Origin: an uncultured bacterium
GTDB lineage: Bacteria > SAR324 > NAC60-12
Assembly: GCA_964010765.1 (NCBI GenBank)
Contig: CAXGMD010000001.1
Coordinates: 32,001 to 96,000, forward strand
Length of the DNA stretch: 64,000 bases
Direction of reading: 5' to 3'
Below the pieces are notes generated by a model, which saw only the letters and a program-made list of their open reading frames with translations, was not told the DNA's origin and did no database searches. A program made the position numbers and the translations under genes. Shown piece by piece: positions 63,723 to 64,000 of the stretch (position 1 is its first letter; the number at the start of each line of letters is the position of its first letter).

Positions 63723-64000
63723 ATGACGGAAGAAAATTACTACCAAGCGAGCGCTTGTTCTGAGATTTCAACCACTAAACTGGAAGGTGAACACAGGTAT
63801 GATGTCTGTGTTGTCGGAGGAGGAGTGACTGGGCTTTCTTCCGCAATTCATCTTGCTGAGAGGGGCTTTCAAGTATGCGTTGTAGAAGCACAGAAGATTG
63901 GTCACGGAGCATCCGGTAGAAATGGGGGTCAATTCATCTTTGGCTTCGGTGCAGAGATGCCCACAGTGCGGAAATTGGTTGGAGAGTCTGAAGCAAAAAA
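63723..64000 (+). CDS. FAD-dependent oxidoreductase (PuuB/DadA-like), 3'-truncated by the window
   Basis: Manual translation: MTEENYYQAS...DVCVVGGGVTGLSSAIHLAERG...GASGRNGGQ. Confidence 0.85.
   Translation, partial: MTEENYYQASACSEISTTKLEGEHRYDVCVVGGGVTGLSSAIHLAERGFQVCVVEAQKIGHGASGRNGGQFIFGFGAEMPTVRKLVGESEAK

Overview
A gene-dense, moderately AT-rich bacterial chromosomal window. The gene set and architecture suggest a marine deltaproteobacterium such as SAR324 (inference only). Most of it is housekeeping: aroA, lipA, rpoZ, lpdA, mltA, hisD, mgtE, xth, fabH-like, prfC, trxB, argG, amt, purA, proC, an RSH, murA, ruvB, nadD, 5-FTHF cyclo-ligase and rluD. I saw no rRNA, tRNA, CRISPR array, integrase or transposase. 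The best candidate for an undescribed system is a 9-kb locus (16.5-25.5 kb). There, a family-5 (Dpp/Opp-type) ABC importer is co-transcribed with a phosphonate-monoester-hydrolase-type enzyme and is divergent from a TIGR03364-type aminophosphonate oxidase, suggesting a non-PhnCDE route for scavenging phosphonate esters. Other notable items: (1) a Nudix hydrolase translationally coupled to a hydrolase-dead, ACT-less RelA/SpoT protein; (2) a SelJ/J1-crystallin-like ADP-ribosylglycohydrolase gene split by an in-frame UGA; (3) an orphan fliN-like/fliM-like pair; (4) tandem membrane-anchored YcgR/PilZ paralogues; (5) a double CDP-alcohol phosphotransferase; (6) an Asp-to-Glu orphan response regulator; (7) a Cys-to-Asp MurA; (8) a sigma54 promoter with enhancer-like sites upstream of amt; (9) two small ORFs missed by the ORF track.
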